A stretch of 64,000 nucleotides of DNA from Eubacteriales bacterium. Its GTDB lineage: Bacteria > Bacillota > Clostridia > Oscillospirales > QAKW01. The DNA lies in contig JAZQDW010000008.1 of NCBI GenBank assembly GCA_045546995.1, positions 131,253 through 195,252 on the forward strand. Reading direction: 5' to 3'. Made by a program: the position numbers and the translations under genes. The notes beneath the pieces were generated by a model. That model was not told the origin of the DNA. It saw nothing but the letters and a program-made list of their open reading frames with translations, and did no database searches. This document shows positions 29,912 to 37,999 of this stretch, piece by piece (positions within the stretch are counted from its first letter, which is position 1; every line of letters starts with the position of its first letter).

Positions 29912-30883
29912 ATGACAAGCAAAGTAAAAAAAATAGGCGTACTTACCAGTGGCGGTGATGCTCCGGGTATGAATGCTGCTGTTCGTGCAGTAGCAAGAAG
30001 TGCTCTGTCTAAGGGAATTGAGGTCGTTGGTATCCGTAGAGGGTATGCCGGTTTGCTGAGCGGAGATATTTTTGAGATGAATCTTCGTTCGGTTTCTAAT
30101 ATCATACAAACAGGCGGTACGGCATTGTTTTCTGCCAGACTCCCTGAATTTGCGCAGGAAGCTGTTCAAAATAAGGGCGTCGAAAAGTGCAAAGAATATG
30201 GAATTGACGGTTTGGTCGTAATCGGCGGTGACGGTTCTTTCCGCGGTGCGGCTGCGCTTTCTTCGAAGGGCATTCCCTGCATTGGTGTGCCCGGTACGAT
30301 CGATAACGATATTGCATCCAGTGAGTATACGATTGGTTTTGATACGGCACTGAATTGTGTTATGGAGATGGTTGATCGTATCCGCGATACATCTCAGTCT
30401 CACGAACGTTGCTCGGTGGTTGAGGTAATGGGACGCAGAGCCGGTTATCTTGCTCTTGAATCTGCAATTGCAACGGGTGCTACGTGCGTTCTGGTGCCTG
30501 AGATCCCAATGCCTTATGAAAAGATCGTTGATAAAATCCGTAGCAGTCGTGTTACGGGAAAATCACATTTTATCATCATTGTTGCTGAAGGTGTTGGCGG
30601 TGCGCAGGAGCTTTGCCGTAAGATCGAAGAGGATACGGGTATTGATTCCCGCTGTACAATTTTGGGACACGTTCAGCGCGGCGGTTCTCCGACGGTACGT
30701 GACCGTGTGATGGCCAGTGAAATGGGTAATTATGCCGTCAATCTTTTGGCCAATGGCATCGGAAATCGTGTTGTTGCGTTGCAAAATGGTGTTGTCACCG
30801 ATTTTGATATCCAAGAAGCTTTGGCAATGAAAAAAGAGTTCCCGATGGAACTCTATAAAATGAGTTACGACATTTCTATTTAA
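29912..30883 (+). CDS. pfkA: ATP-dependent 6-phosphofructokinase
   Basis: GVLTSGGDAPGMNAA, GGDGS and PGTIDND motifs. 323 aa. Confidence 0.96.
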   Translation: MTSKVKKIGVLTSGGDAPGMNAAVRAVARSALSKGIEVVGIRRGYAGLLSGDIFEMNLRSVSNIIQTGGTALFSARLPEFAQEAVQNKGVEKCKEYGIDGLVVIGGDGSFRGAAALSSKGIPCIGVPGTIDNDIASSEYTIGFDTALNCVMEMVDRIRDTSQSHERCSVVEVMGRRAGYLALESAIATGATCVLVPEIPMPYEKIVDKIRSSRVTGKSHFIIIVAEGVGGAQELCRKIEEDTGIDSRCTILGHVQRGGSPTVRDRVMASEMGNYAVNLLANGIGNRVVALQNGVVTDFDIQEALAMKKEFPMELYKMSYDISI

Positions 30884-30889
30884 TTAAAT

Positions 30890-30917
30890 GGCATACGGCC
30901 GATTTCGGCCGTATGCC
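30890..30917 (+). terminator. Stable hairpin after pfkA without a U-tract (weak terminator or processing signal)
   Basis: 11-bp stem GGCATACGGCC / GGCCGTATGCC, 6-nt loop, no T-run after it. I see no convincing promoter between it and tRNA-Val. Confidence 0.35.
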
Positions 30918-30962
30918 CACAAACATTGTTCATGATGCGTTTATAAGCGCAGGCATATATTT

Positions 30963-31039
30963 GGAGGCATAGCTCAGCTGGTTAGAGCGTTCGCTTCACA
31001 TGCGAAAGGTCGCGGGTTCGAGTCCCTCTGTCTCCACCA
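30963..31039 (+). tRNA. tRNA-Val (anticodon CAC)
   Basis: The cloverleaf folds by hand: acceptor GGAGGCA/TGTCTCC, D-arm GCTC..GAGC, anticodon stem TTCGC/GCGAA with loop TTCACAT, T-loop GTTCGAGTC, encoded CCA. There is one C-U mismatch in the T-stem. Confidence 0.9.
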
Positions 31040-31040
31040 A

Positions 31041-31075
31041 AATGCATCAACCTTTGGTTGGTGCATTTTTATTTT
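31041..31075 (+). terminator. Intrinsic terminator after tRNA-Val
   Basis: Stem TGCATCAACC / GGTTGGTGCA followed by TTTTTATTTT. Confidence 0.75.
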
Positions 31076-31093
31076 GATGAAAGGAAACGGCAA

Positions 31094-32869
31094 ATGAAAG
31101 TATTGCAGCTTTTGAAAAATATGTATCGCTCCAGCATGCTGGGAAAGTGCGGCAACTGTATCAGTCGTGCCTATGGGCGCAGTGTTGTTTTTTCGTCATT
31201 GCGGGCAGGGGAGATGGACCGCGCGCTGGGTGAATCGGTTGTCATTCGCAAAAATACTGATAAAACAAAGTCGATTTACAAAGGCAAGATCTTACCATTT
31301 TTGTTTTCCCTTGCATCGAAATTGTGCTGTATCAGCGGTAGAGAATTTTCGATTCTGCTGTCGTTCTTTTTACTTTCGTCTGCGGCCTCTGCCTTTATAG
31401 ATGCTTCGTTTACCAGAGGTGTAATTTTTGCTGTCGCAATTTTGCCGTTGTTGCCGCTTTTATTTACAAAAATGTCGCTGGCCGCCCTGTTTTGTAACTC
31501 TTTTTTGGGCAGACTTTTAGGACTATCCTGCGGGCCTACAGCGCAAAAACAAAATAAAATTTTATTGATTTTGATCGGTACGTTGGGCATTGTTGGCGGT
31601 ATGTTTGTTTCGTTTCCGTATTCCGTGCTGTTGCCGCTTGCGCCGGTAGCGTTGTTGATGCTTTTGGTTGTCAAACCGTTAACGATCATATATGTGATTA
31701 TGCTTTGCCTGCCGATTTTCGGCACCAGCGTTTGTATAGTGTTGAGTGTTTTACTGGCGGTTTCTCATTGGCTGCAACGTTTTTTTGGTACGGTTTCCAA
31801 AACCAAAATCGACTATATCGACATATTGCTTTCGGTGTATATTGCATTGTGCGTAATCAGCAGTTTCTTTTCTTTTGCAATTGCGGATAGTCTGCGTGTG
31901 GCGTTGATGTGGGTGATTCTGTTTTCCACGGTTTTCATTGTTATTCGCAACGTCAGGACGCGTCGTAATTTGCTATCTGTACTGGGCTTTTTGTTGGTTG
32001 GTACGGTGATCGCTTCCTGTATAGGCTTGTTTCAGTATTTTTCCGGGCAGGTTGACACAACCTGGACGGACACGGCCTTGTTTGAGGATTTGAATATTCG
32101 TATTTACAGCACCTTTGCCAACCCTAATGTTTTTGGCGAATTTTTGTTGCTTGTAATTCCGATTTCAGCCGGCCTTGGCATTTATTTTAGAAAACTCAAA
32201 TATAAAATTGCCAGTTTTGGTGTTTTACTGCTTTCGCTTGTTGCACTGGCGCTGACATATTCCAGAGGATGCTATGTAGGCCTTGTTGTTACGGTTGTCG
32301 TCTTTTTGTGGATGTATAACAAAAAGATTTTAGGTCTTTTGCTGGTAATTGGTACACCGATCGGTATTACAATGTTGCCTCAAAATATGATTGATCGTAT
32401 TTTGAGCATGGTCAATCTTGCGGATAGCTCTACCTCCTACCGTCTGAAAATTTATCAGGGTTCGTTTGAATTGCTTAAAACCTATTGGCCCAGCGGTCTG
32501 GGTATTGGCGAAACAGCGTTTAATTACGTTTACCCGTTTTTTGGTATTCAGGGGATTGTTGCGCCGCATACCCATTCGCTGTTTTTGCAGCTGATGACCA
32601 GTTTTGGTATTGCCGGATTAATTTATGTGCTCTTTTTGTTGTTTGTTTATCATAGAAATATCATTTCTTTCAGCAAAAAATATCAAAAAAATGACAGAAA
32701 TAAGTTGTTGTTGATTATTTTTGGTTCGGTTCTTTCCGGCTTTTTGGTACAAAGTATATTTGACTATACGTGGTATAACTATCGTGTGTATATGCTGTTC
32801 TGGTTAATCATTGCACTGGGGATTGCGACGTATAAAATCCTGAGGGAGGAGCGTGTTTTGGATGATTAA
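31094..32869 (+). CDS. O-antigen ligase / polymerase family (Wzy_C-type) polytopic membrane protein
   Basis: More than 10 TM helices, with a LTYSRGCYVGLVV segment and a large loop typical of the O-antigen-ligase family. I use the ATG at 31094 because the ORF-track start at 31058 lies inside the tRNA terminator. Confidence 0.7.
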   Translation: MKVLQLLKNMYRSSMLGKCGNCISRAYGRSVVFSSLRAGEMDRALGESVVIRKNTDKTKSIYKGKILPFLFSLASKLCCISGREFSILLSFFLLSSAASAFIDASFTRGVIFAVAILPLLPLLFTKMSLAALFCNSFLGRLLGLSCGPTAQKQNKILLILIGTLGIVGGMFVSFPYSVLLPLAPVALLMLLVVKPLTIIYVIMLCLPIFGTSVCIVLSVLLAVSHWLQRFFGTVSKTKIDYIDILLSVYIALCVISSFFSFAIADSLRVALMWVILFSTVFIVIRNVRTRRNLLSVLGFLLVGTVIASCIGLFQYFSGQVDTTWTDTALFEDLNIRIYSTFANPNVFGEFLLLVIPISAGLGIYFRKLKYKIASFGVLLLSLVALALTYSRGCYVGLVVTVVVFLWMYNKKILGLLLVIGTPIGITMLPQNMIDRILSMVNLADSSTSYRLKIYQGSFELLKTYWPSGLGIGETAFNYVYPFFGIQGIVAPHTHSLFLQLMTSFGIAGLIYVLFLLFVYHRNIISFSKKYQKNDRNKLLLIIFGSVLSGFLVQSIFDYTWYNYRVYMLFWLIIALGIATYKILREERVLDD

Positions 32870-33986
32870 AGTTATGCACTGTATCAGTGATACGAATTTC
32901 GGCGGCGCAGGAAGAGTATTGCTTAATTATTTAAATCATTTTGATCGCAGTGCGTTTGAGATCATCGTCGTTATTCCGAAAGGAAGTAAGTTGCTTCAAT
33001 ATCTGGATGACGGTGCGTACCGGGTTGTCGAGTTTGACGGATTGTATGATCGGTCCTATCATCGTAATGACGTAAAAGGGCTGAAAGACTTGATTTGTCA
33101 GTACAGACCGGATGTCGTTCATTCTCATGGCGCACTCAGCGCTCGTATTGCGGCGAAAAAGTGTAAATGTAAAATTGTGTATACTCGGCACAGCGTATTT
33201 GATTTACCCAAATGGCAGACAATGGTTCCCGGAAAATGGCTGCTGGGCTTTATGAATACGTATTATGCCGATCGCATTATTGCGGTTTCTCCCGCTGCCA
33301 AAACGTTATTGATCGAGTCGGGGACGTCGGCAGATATGATTGACGTTGTGTTTAACGGTGTTGAGGCTATGCGATCTTGCGATGAGGAAACGGCTCAATT
33401 GGCTAGGGATCGTTTTGGCATTCGTCCCAATACGTTTGTGTGTTCTATTATCGCCCGTTTGGAAGAGGTTAAAGGTCACAAATACGTGATCGATGCTGCT
33501 AAATTGTTAAAAGAACAGGGCCAGTCAGACGTACAGATCCTGATCGCCGGTGCCGGCGGTATCGAAGAAGAACTCAAGGCATATGCTGCGCAGCAGGATG
33601 TGATGGACTTGGTGCGTTTTATCGGATTTGTCAGGGAAATGGATCAACTGTTGTCTGTTACGGATCTGCAGTTAAACGCTTCGTTCGGAACAGAGGCGAC
33701 GTCAATGTCACTGCTGGAAGGCTTTTCTTTGGGCGTGCCTGCTGTCGTTTCGGATTTTGGCGGCAATCCCTTTGTTGTGGAGCATGGGGAAAATGGGCTG
33801 ATTTTTGCCAAAAAAGACGCTCATGCCTTATTTGAGGCGATCTTGGCTATGAAGCAGGATGATGCATTGTTGAAGCGGTGTATGCGTGGAGCAAAACAAA
33901 GTTTTGAAACGCGCTTCACTGCTGAGAAGATGACGATTGAGATGGAAAAAGTATATTATAAGATTTGTGAGGAGAGCGGCAAATGA
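32862..33986 (+). CDS. Glycosyltransferase family 4 (GT-B, GT1-type C-terminal domain)
   Basis: N-terminal GGAG(R) motif and C-terminal EATSMSLLEGFSLGVPAVVSDFGGNPFVVEHGENGLIF (E-x7-E type). The start is uncertain (32853 GTG, 32862 ATG or 32874 ATG). Confidence 0.85.
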   Translation: MIKVMHCISDTNFGGAGRVLLNYLNHFDRSAFEIIVVIPKGSKLLQYLDDGAYRVVEFDGLYDRSYHRNDVKGLKDLICQYRPDVVHSHGALSARIAAKKCKCKIVYTRHSVFDLPKWQTMVPGKWLLGFMNTYYADRIIAVSPAAKTLLIESGTSADMIDVVFNGVEAMRSCDEETAQLARDRFGIRPNTFVCSIIARLEEVKGHKYVIDAAKLLKEQGQSDVQILIAGAGGIEEELKAYAAQQDVMDLVRFIGFVREMDQLLSVTDLQLNASFGTEATSMSLLEGFSLGVPAVVSDFGGNPFVVEHGENGLIFAKKDAHALFEAILAMKQDDALLKRCMRGAKQSFETRFTAEKMTIEMEKVYYKICEESGK

Positions 33987-34456
33987 AAAGAAAGTGGAAT
34001 TGGTTAGACACGGTAATCGTATGCGTTGTTTTGGCTTTGATTGCCGGTGTCGTGCTCTTTTTTATGCGCCCGACAGGGGAAGAGTTTGCAAATCATACTG
34101 AAACGGATTTGTATATTACGGTGGAAACGGAAAAGGCTCGAATAGGTACCTTTGATGCCATAAAGGCAGGCGATGCGGTTGCATTGGTCAACGGCAAAGA
34201 ACTCGGCGTAATCGAAAAGGTGGAATTTCTCCCCAGCGAGGTCGCTGTTTTTGATAACGAAAACAAACAGTTTAGCCTGAATAAGGTGGAGGAGTATCCG
34301 TTTTGCCGTGTTGTAATTAAAACGACAGGCTATAAAAACGAAAAGGGCGAAGTGCTTGTGTTGGATAAGGCAATTTATCTGGATGATGAATGGAACCTGG
34401 AGACAAGCGCTTATCGCTTCGTTGCTCGAATTACGAATGTAAAAGGAGCTGAATAA
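33983..34456 (+). CDS. Small N-terminally anchored protein, DUF4330-like
   Basis: 157 aa. One N-terminal TM helix, then a beta-rich domain. Same architecture as the next gene, and an ATGA overlap with the GT4 gene. Confidence 0.5.
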   Translation: MKRKWNWLDTVIVCVVLALIAGVVLFFMRPTGEEFANHTETDLYITVETEKARIGTFDAIKAGDAVALVNGKELGVIEKVEFLPSEVAVFDNENKQFSLNKVEEYPFCRVVIKTTGYKNEKGEVLVLDKAIYLDDEWNLETSAYRFVARITNVKGAE

Positions 34457-34458
34457 GG

Positions 34459-34956
34459 ATGAAAATAGTAGATAGTAACGGAAAATTGTTTGGAAAACTG
34501 AATTTGTTGGATTTAGTGATTCTACTTATTCTGGTGATATTGCTGGCCGGCGGCGTTTATAAGCTTGCTTTTGTGGATAATACGGTATATATTCCCGATT
34601 ATAAGGAAGGCACCTTCGACATTCGTCTGCATAATTTGCGGGATTATGAGGTGCAGGCCTTGACGGTTGGCGATGTGGTTGCAGTGCCGAAGATTCAGGA
34701 TCTTGGCACAATCAGTGATATAAAAATCGAAAAACGAGTTGATTTGGTTAATGGCGCCGACGGTAAGGTGTATCCGACGGAGCATCCGCTGTACTATTCT
34801 GTTGTCATTACGGTTAAGACCGAGCAACTTGAGCAACGGGAAGACTTGTATTACGTCGGCAAGAATTATCAGATGATCGATGGACAAACGCTGGACATTG
34901 TGAGCGGCGTTGTTAGCTGCAAAGGAAACGTCATTGCCATTGATATTGCTGAATAA
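34459..34956 (+). CDS. DUF4330 family protein
   Basis: The N-terminus MKIVDSNGKLFGKLNLLDLVILLILVILL matches my recollection of the DUF4330 N-terminal signature. 165 aa. Confidence 0.6.
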   Translation: MKIVDSNGKLFGKLNLLDLVILLILVILLAGGVYKLAFVDNTVYIPDYKEGTFDIRLHNLRDYEVQALTVGDVVAVPKIQDLGTISDIKIEKRVDLVNGADGKVYPTEHPLYYSVVITVKTEQLEQREDLYYVGKNYQMIDGQTLDIVSGVVSCKGNVIAIDIAE

Positions 34957-34990
34957 AAATAAAAAAGCGGTTCGTCTGAACCGCTTTTTT
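34957..34990. terminator. Bidirectional intrinsic terminator between convergent genes
   Basis: A-run, stem GCGGTTC / GAACCGC (loop GTCT), then TTTTTT. Serves the DUF4330 gene (+) and ireB (-). Confidence 0.85.
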
Positions 34991-34995
34991 GCATT

Positions 34996-35250
34996 TTAGT
35001 TATCCAAATAATCCTTCAACAACGTTTGTAATAATTCCTCACGATCGATCTTGCGAATCAAAGAACGGGCGTTGTTGTGATTGGTGATATAAGTGGGATC
35101 TTCCGACAAAAGATATCCTACGATCTGATTGAGAGGGTTGTATCCTTTTTCTTTCAGTGCGTCATAGACCGTGATCAAAATCTGCTTGGTCTGATTTTCT
35201 TTTTCAGCGTTAATTCTAAATTGCATTGTATTTCCGTTCATAATACTCAC
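34996..35250 (-). CDS. ireB: IreB family regulatory phosphoprotein (UPF0297/YrzL)
   Basis: 84 aa. ...[51 protein letters not shown]... is the characteristic UPF0297 sequence. Confidence 0.85.
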   Translation of the reverse strand: MSIMNGNTMQFRINAEKENQTKQILITVYDALKEKGYNPLNQIVGYLLSEDPTYITNHNNARSLIRKIDREELLQTLLKDYLDN

Positions 35251-35259
35251 CTCGCAACT

Positions 35260-35288
35260 ATTGTATCTTATTTTTTGAAAAATTTCAA
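35260..35288 (-). promoter_or_regulatory. sigma-A promoter for ireB
   Basis: On the minus strand: TTGAAA, 17-nt spacer, TACAAT. It ends about 10 nt before the RBS region. Confidence 0.55.
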
Positions 35289-35307
35289 CTAAAATTGAAA
35301 AACTTTA

Positions 35308-35342
35308 CAAAAAAGAAAAAGACCCGCCATATTTGACGGGTC
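35308..35342 (-). terminator. Intrinsic terminator after tRNA-Thr
   Basis: On the minus strand: 7-bp GC-rich stem (AGACCCG / CGGGTCT) followed by TTTTTCTTTTTT. Confidence 0.65.
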
Positions 35343-35418
35343 TGGAGCTGGAGATGGGACTTGAACCCACGACCTGCTGATTACGAATCAGCTGCGCTAC
35401 CGACTGTGCCACTCCAGC
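35343..35418 (-). tRNA. tRNA-Thr (anticodon CGU)
   Basis: The reverse complement is GCTGGAGTGGCACAGTCGGTAGCGCAGCTGATTCGTAATCAGCAGGTCGTGGGTTCAAGTCCCATCTCCAGCTCCA. It has an anticodon loop TTCGTAA, T-loop GTTCAAGTC and an encoded CCA. There is one A-C mismatch in the D-stem. Confidence 0.9.
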
Positions 35419-35430
35419 AGACACTACTAT

Positions 35431-35458
35431 ATTTTAACACATATTTTTAAAAAATCAA
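35431..35458 (-). promoter_or_regulatory. sigma-A promoter for tRNA-Thr
   Basis: On the minus strand: TTGATT, 16-nt spacer, extended -10 TGtTAAAAT. It ends 12 nt before the tRNA 5' end. Confidence 0.6.
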
Positions 35459-35483
35459 CTGTTTTTTTATTCTTGTATAAATG

Positions 35484-35512
35484 TTGCCAATTATTTAATT
35501 GTGTGATACAAT
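35484..35512 (+). promoter_or_regulatory. sigma-A promoter for the yhiN-like/cmk/plsC/ispH-rpsA operon
   Basis: TTGCCA, 17-nt spacer, extended -10 TGaTACAAT. Confidence 0.55.
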
Positions 35513-35527
35513 ATACTGGGTGATCTT

Positions 35528-36751
35528 ATGAATGATGTGATTGTTATCGGCGCAGGACCTGCCGGTATGATGGCGGGGATTCAGGCGGCAACGTTTGGTC
35601 TGCGCGTTGTAATCGTTGAGAAAAACGAAAAACCCGGACTGAAATTGTTGATCACCGGCAAAGGGCGGTGTAACGTTACCAACAATTGTGATGAGCAGAC
35701 CTTGCTGTCTGAAGTCGCTCACAATCCCAAATTTCTCTACAGTGCATTTTATCAATTTAATGCAACGGATACCATGCGTTTTTTTGAAAACCTAAACGTT
35801 CCGTTAAAAACGGAGCGGGGACAGCGCGTTTTCCCTGTCAGCGATCGTTCGTCTGACATTCGTGATGCAATGGTTTCCTTTGCAAACGAATTGGGCGTTG
35901 AGTTCATAAACGATGAGATCTCTGCTCTGCAGACTGAGGCGGAGTACGTCACTTTGCAGGGCAGAAAAACGGTATATAAAGCACGGCGCTGCATTGTTGC
36001 GACGGGAGGGCTGTCTTATCCGCAAACCGGAAGTACAGGGGACGGATACGCCTTTGCCGAGAGTATCGGACATCATATCGTTTCGCCACGACCCTCGTTG
36101 ATCGGGATGAAATGCAGGCAGAATTTTTGTTGTGAATTGGCGGGAATGACGCTTAAAAACGTTGGTGTCTCGTTTTATCAAAATGAAACGTGCGTGTACA
36201 AGGATTTTGGTGAATTATTGTTTACCCACGTTGGAATTTCCGGACCTACCGTATTGTCGGCGTCGGCCCATTTTGATTATTTTGACAAATCGACAGCGGT
36301 GATTGATTTCAAACCGGCACTGTCTGTCCGACAATTGGACGAACGACTGTTGCGGGACTTTTCGGAAAATATAAACAAGACGGTATTAAACGGCATCGAC
36401 GGCTTATTGCCGAAAAAACTGCTGCCGATTTTATTGGAGTATTGCAAAATTGATCCCTATAAAAAGGTCAATCAAATCACAAAGACAGAACGTGAGACGT
36501 TGATTTCCGCTTTAAAAGGCTTTGCGCTTGATCTGATCGGTAAAGAGGGGATTGATAAGGCGATTATTACGGCCGGTGGTGTCGACGTTGGTGAAGTTTC
36601 GCCGAAAACGATGGCATCCAGACTGTGTAATAAAGTTTATTTTGCCGGCGAGGTGTTGGACGTGGATGCATACACCGGCGGCTTTAATTTACAAATTGCA
36701 TTTTCGACCGGGTATCTGGCCGGAAAAAGTGTAGCGGAGGAATTATTATGA
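35528..36751 (+). CDS. FAD-dependent flavoprotein, HI0933/YhiN (BaiN-like) family
   Basis: GAGPAGMMAG dinucleotide-binding motif plus the family-typical TGKGRCNVTN. 407 aa. Confidence 0.85.
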   Translation: MNDVIVIGAGPAGMMAGIQAATFGLRVVIVEKNEKPGLKLLITGKGRCNVTNNCDEQTLLSEVAHNPKFLYSAFYQFNATDTMRFFENLNVPLKTERGQRVFPVSDRSSDIRDAMVSFANELGVEFINDEISALQTEAEYVTLQGRKTVYKARRCIVATGGLSYPQTGSTGDGYAFAESIGHHIVSPRPSLIGMKCRQNFCCELAGMTLKNVGVSFYQNETCVYKDFGELLFTHVGISGPTVLSASAHFDYFDKSTAVIDFKPALSVRQLDERLLRDFSENINKTVLNGIDGLLPKKLLPILLEYCKIDPYKKVNQITKTERETLISALKGFALDLIGKEGIDKAIITAGGVDVGEVSPKTMASRLCNKVYFAGEVLDVDAYTGGFNLQIAFSTGYLAGKSVAEELL

Positions 36752-37416
36752 GAACAATTAATGTGGCAATTGACGGCCCTTCCGGCAGCGGAAAAAGCAC
36801 CTTGTCCCGCAAAGCGGCGCAGGCGCTCGGATACGTTTACGTAGACACCGGCGCCATGTATCGGACGATTGGTCTGTATGCGCACCGTTTGGGAATCAAG
36901 ACGGAACAGGCGGAGCAGATCGTCGATCACCTTCGGGAGATCAACATTGAGTTGAAATACCGGAATGGAGAACAACTGATCTTTTTGAATGGAGAAAACG
37001 TTTCTGAGGAGATTCGTACGCACGTTATTTCTTCTTATGCATCTGCTGTGGCAAAAATTCCCGATGTGCGTGCTTTTTTACTTTCCGAACAGCGCAAGTT
37101 GGCGCAGGAAAACAACGTGATTATGGACGGCCGTGATATCGGTACTGTCGTGTTGCCCGACGCTCAGGTTAAGATCTTTTTGACTGCTTCTGCAGAAAAA
37201 AGAGCAGAAAGACGTTATAAGGAACTGGTCGAGCGTGGTCAAAGCATTGATTTTGCTAAGCTTTTGCAGGATATCATCGATCGTGATTATCAGGATTCCC
37301 ATCGGGAAATTGCGCCATTGAAACCCTCGGAGACCAGCGTGATTCTGGATACCTCTGAGTTGGATTTTGACCAGTCGCTTGACTTGATAATTGCTACGAT
37401 CAAGGAGAAAATCTGA
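36748..37416 (+). CDS. cmk: Cytidylate kinase
   Basis: P-loop IAIDGPSGSGKST, YVDTGAMYR, DGRDIGT. Confidence 0.95.
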   Translation: MRTINVAIDGPSGSGKSTLSRKAAQALGYVYVDTGAMYRTIGLYAHRLGIKTEQAEQIVDHLREINIELKYRNGEQLIFLNGENVSEEIRTHVISSYASAVAKIPDVRAFLLSEQRKLAQENNVIMDGRDIGTVVLPDAQVKIFLTASAEKRAERRYKELVERGQSIDFAKLLQDIIDRDYQDSHREIAPLKPSETSVILDTSELDFDQSLDLIIATIKEKI

Positions 37417-37417
37417 T

Positions 37418-37999
37418 ATGAAGTTTTATAGATTTGTTCGCGAGCTGATTCGCCCGCTTTGTTTTGTCTTGATGCCAAGAAGATACCATGGTCTTGAAAA
37501 CATTCCGCAGGATGGCTCGTTGATCATTTGCGCAAATCATCTCTCTTACGTTGACCCTGTTTTTATCGGCTTGGCAGTAAAGCGCCCGATTCGCTTTATT
37601 GCCAAAAAAGAGGCGTGTAACGTGCCGATTTTCGGATGGATCTTGCAGAAGCTCGGCGCCTTTCCGGTAGATAGGGAGGGGAAAGATCTCAAGGCGATTC
37701 GTACCTGTATGTCCGTTGTAAAAGATGGCGGCATTTTGGGTATTTTTCCGGAGGGCACCCGTATCATCAAAGGCCGTGTTTCTGAGGCTAAGGCCGGTGT
37801 TGCTTTGATTGCAAAGCGTTCCAAAGCGCCGCTGCTTTTGGTTCGGATCAAGCCGAGTAAGGGAACTTTTAGACTGTTTTGCCGTACCGACGTATATTTC
37901 AGCAAGGTGTACAGTTTTGCTGAACTCTGCGGTGATGCTGAGTACAAAGAAGCCAGTGAGAAGATTTTGGAAACGATATACAGCTTGGGTGAATCGTAA
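37418..37999 (+). CDS. plsC: 1-acyl-sn-glycerol-3-phosphate acyltransferase
   Basis: Acyltransferase motifs NHLSYVDP (HX4D) and FPEGTR. I use the ATG at 37418, just after the cmk stop, rather than the ORF-track start at 37391. Confidence 0.85.
   Translation: MKFYRFVRELIRPLCFVLMPRRYHGLENIPQDGSLIICANHLSYVDPVFIGLAVKRPIRFIAKKEACNVPIFGWILQKLGAFPVDREGKDLKAIRTCMSVVKDGGILGIFPEGTRIIKGRVSEAKAGVALIAKRSKAPLLLVRIKPSKGTFRLFCRTDVYFSKVYSFAELCGDAEYKEASEKILETIYSLGES

Noticed and set aside
30963-31039. Single stem mismatches in both tRNAs (C-U in the T-stem of tRNA-Val; A-C in the D-stem of tRNA-Thr at 35343-35418), considered as signs of pseudogenes.
   Set aside because: All other cloverleaf elements, the conserved T-loop and D-loop residues, the anticodon loops and the encoded CCA are intact. 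Isolated mismatches are common in functional tRNAs.
30963-35418. The region between two tRNA genes, considered as an integrated genomic island.
   Set aside because: It has no integrase, excisionase, phage or conjugation gene. I saw no direct repeat of a tRNA 3' end. The genes are tightly operonic envelope-biogenesis genes. It is kept only as a functional-module observation.
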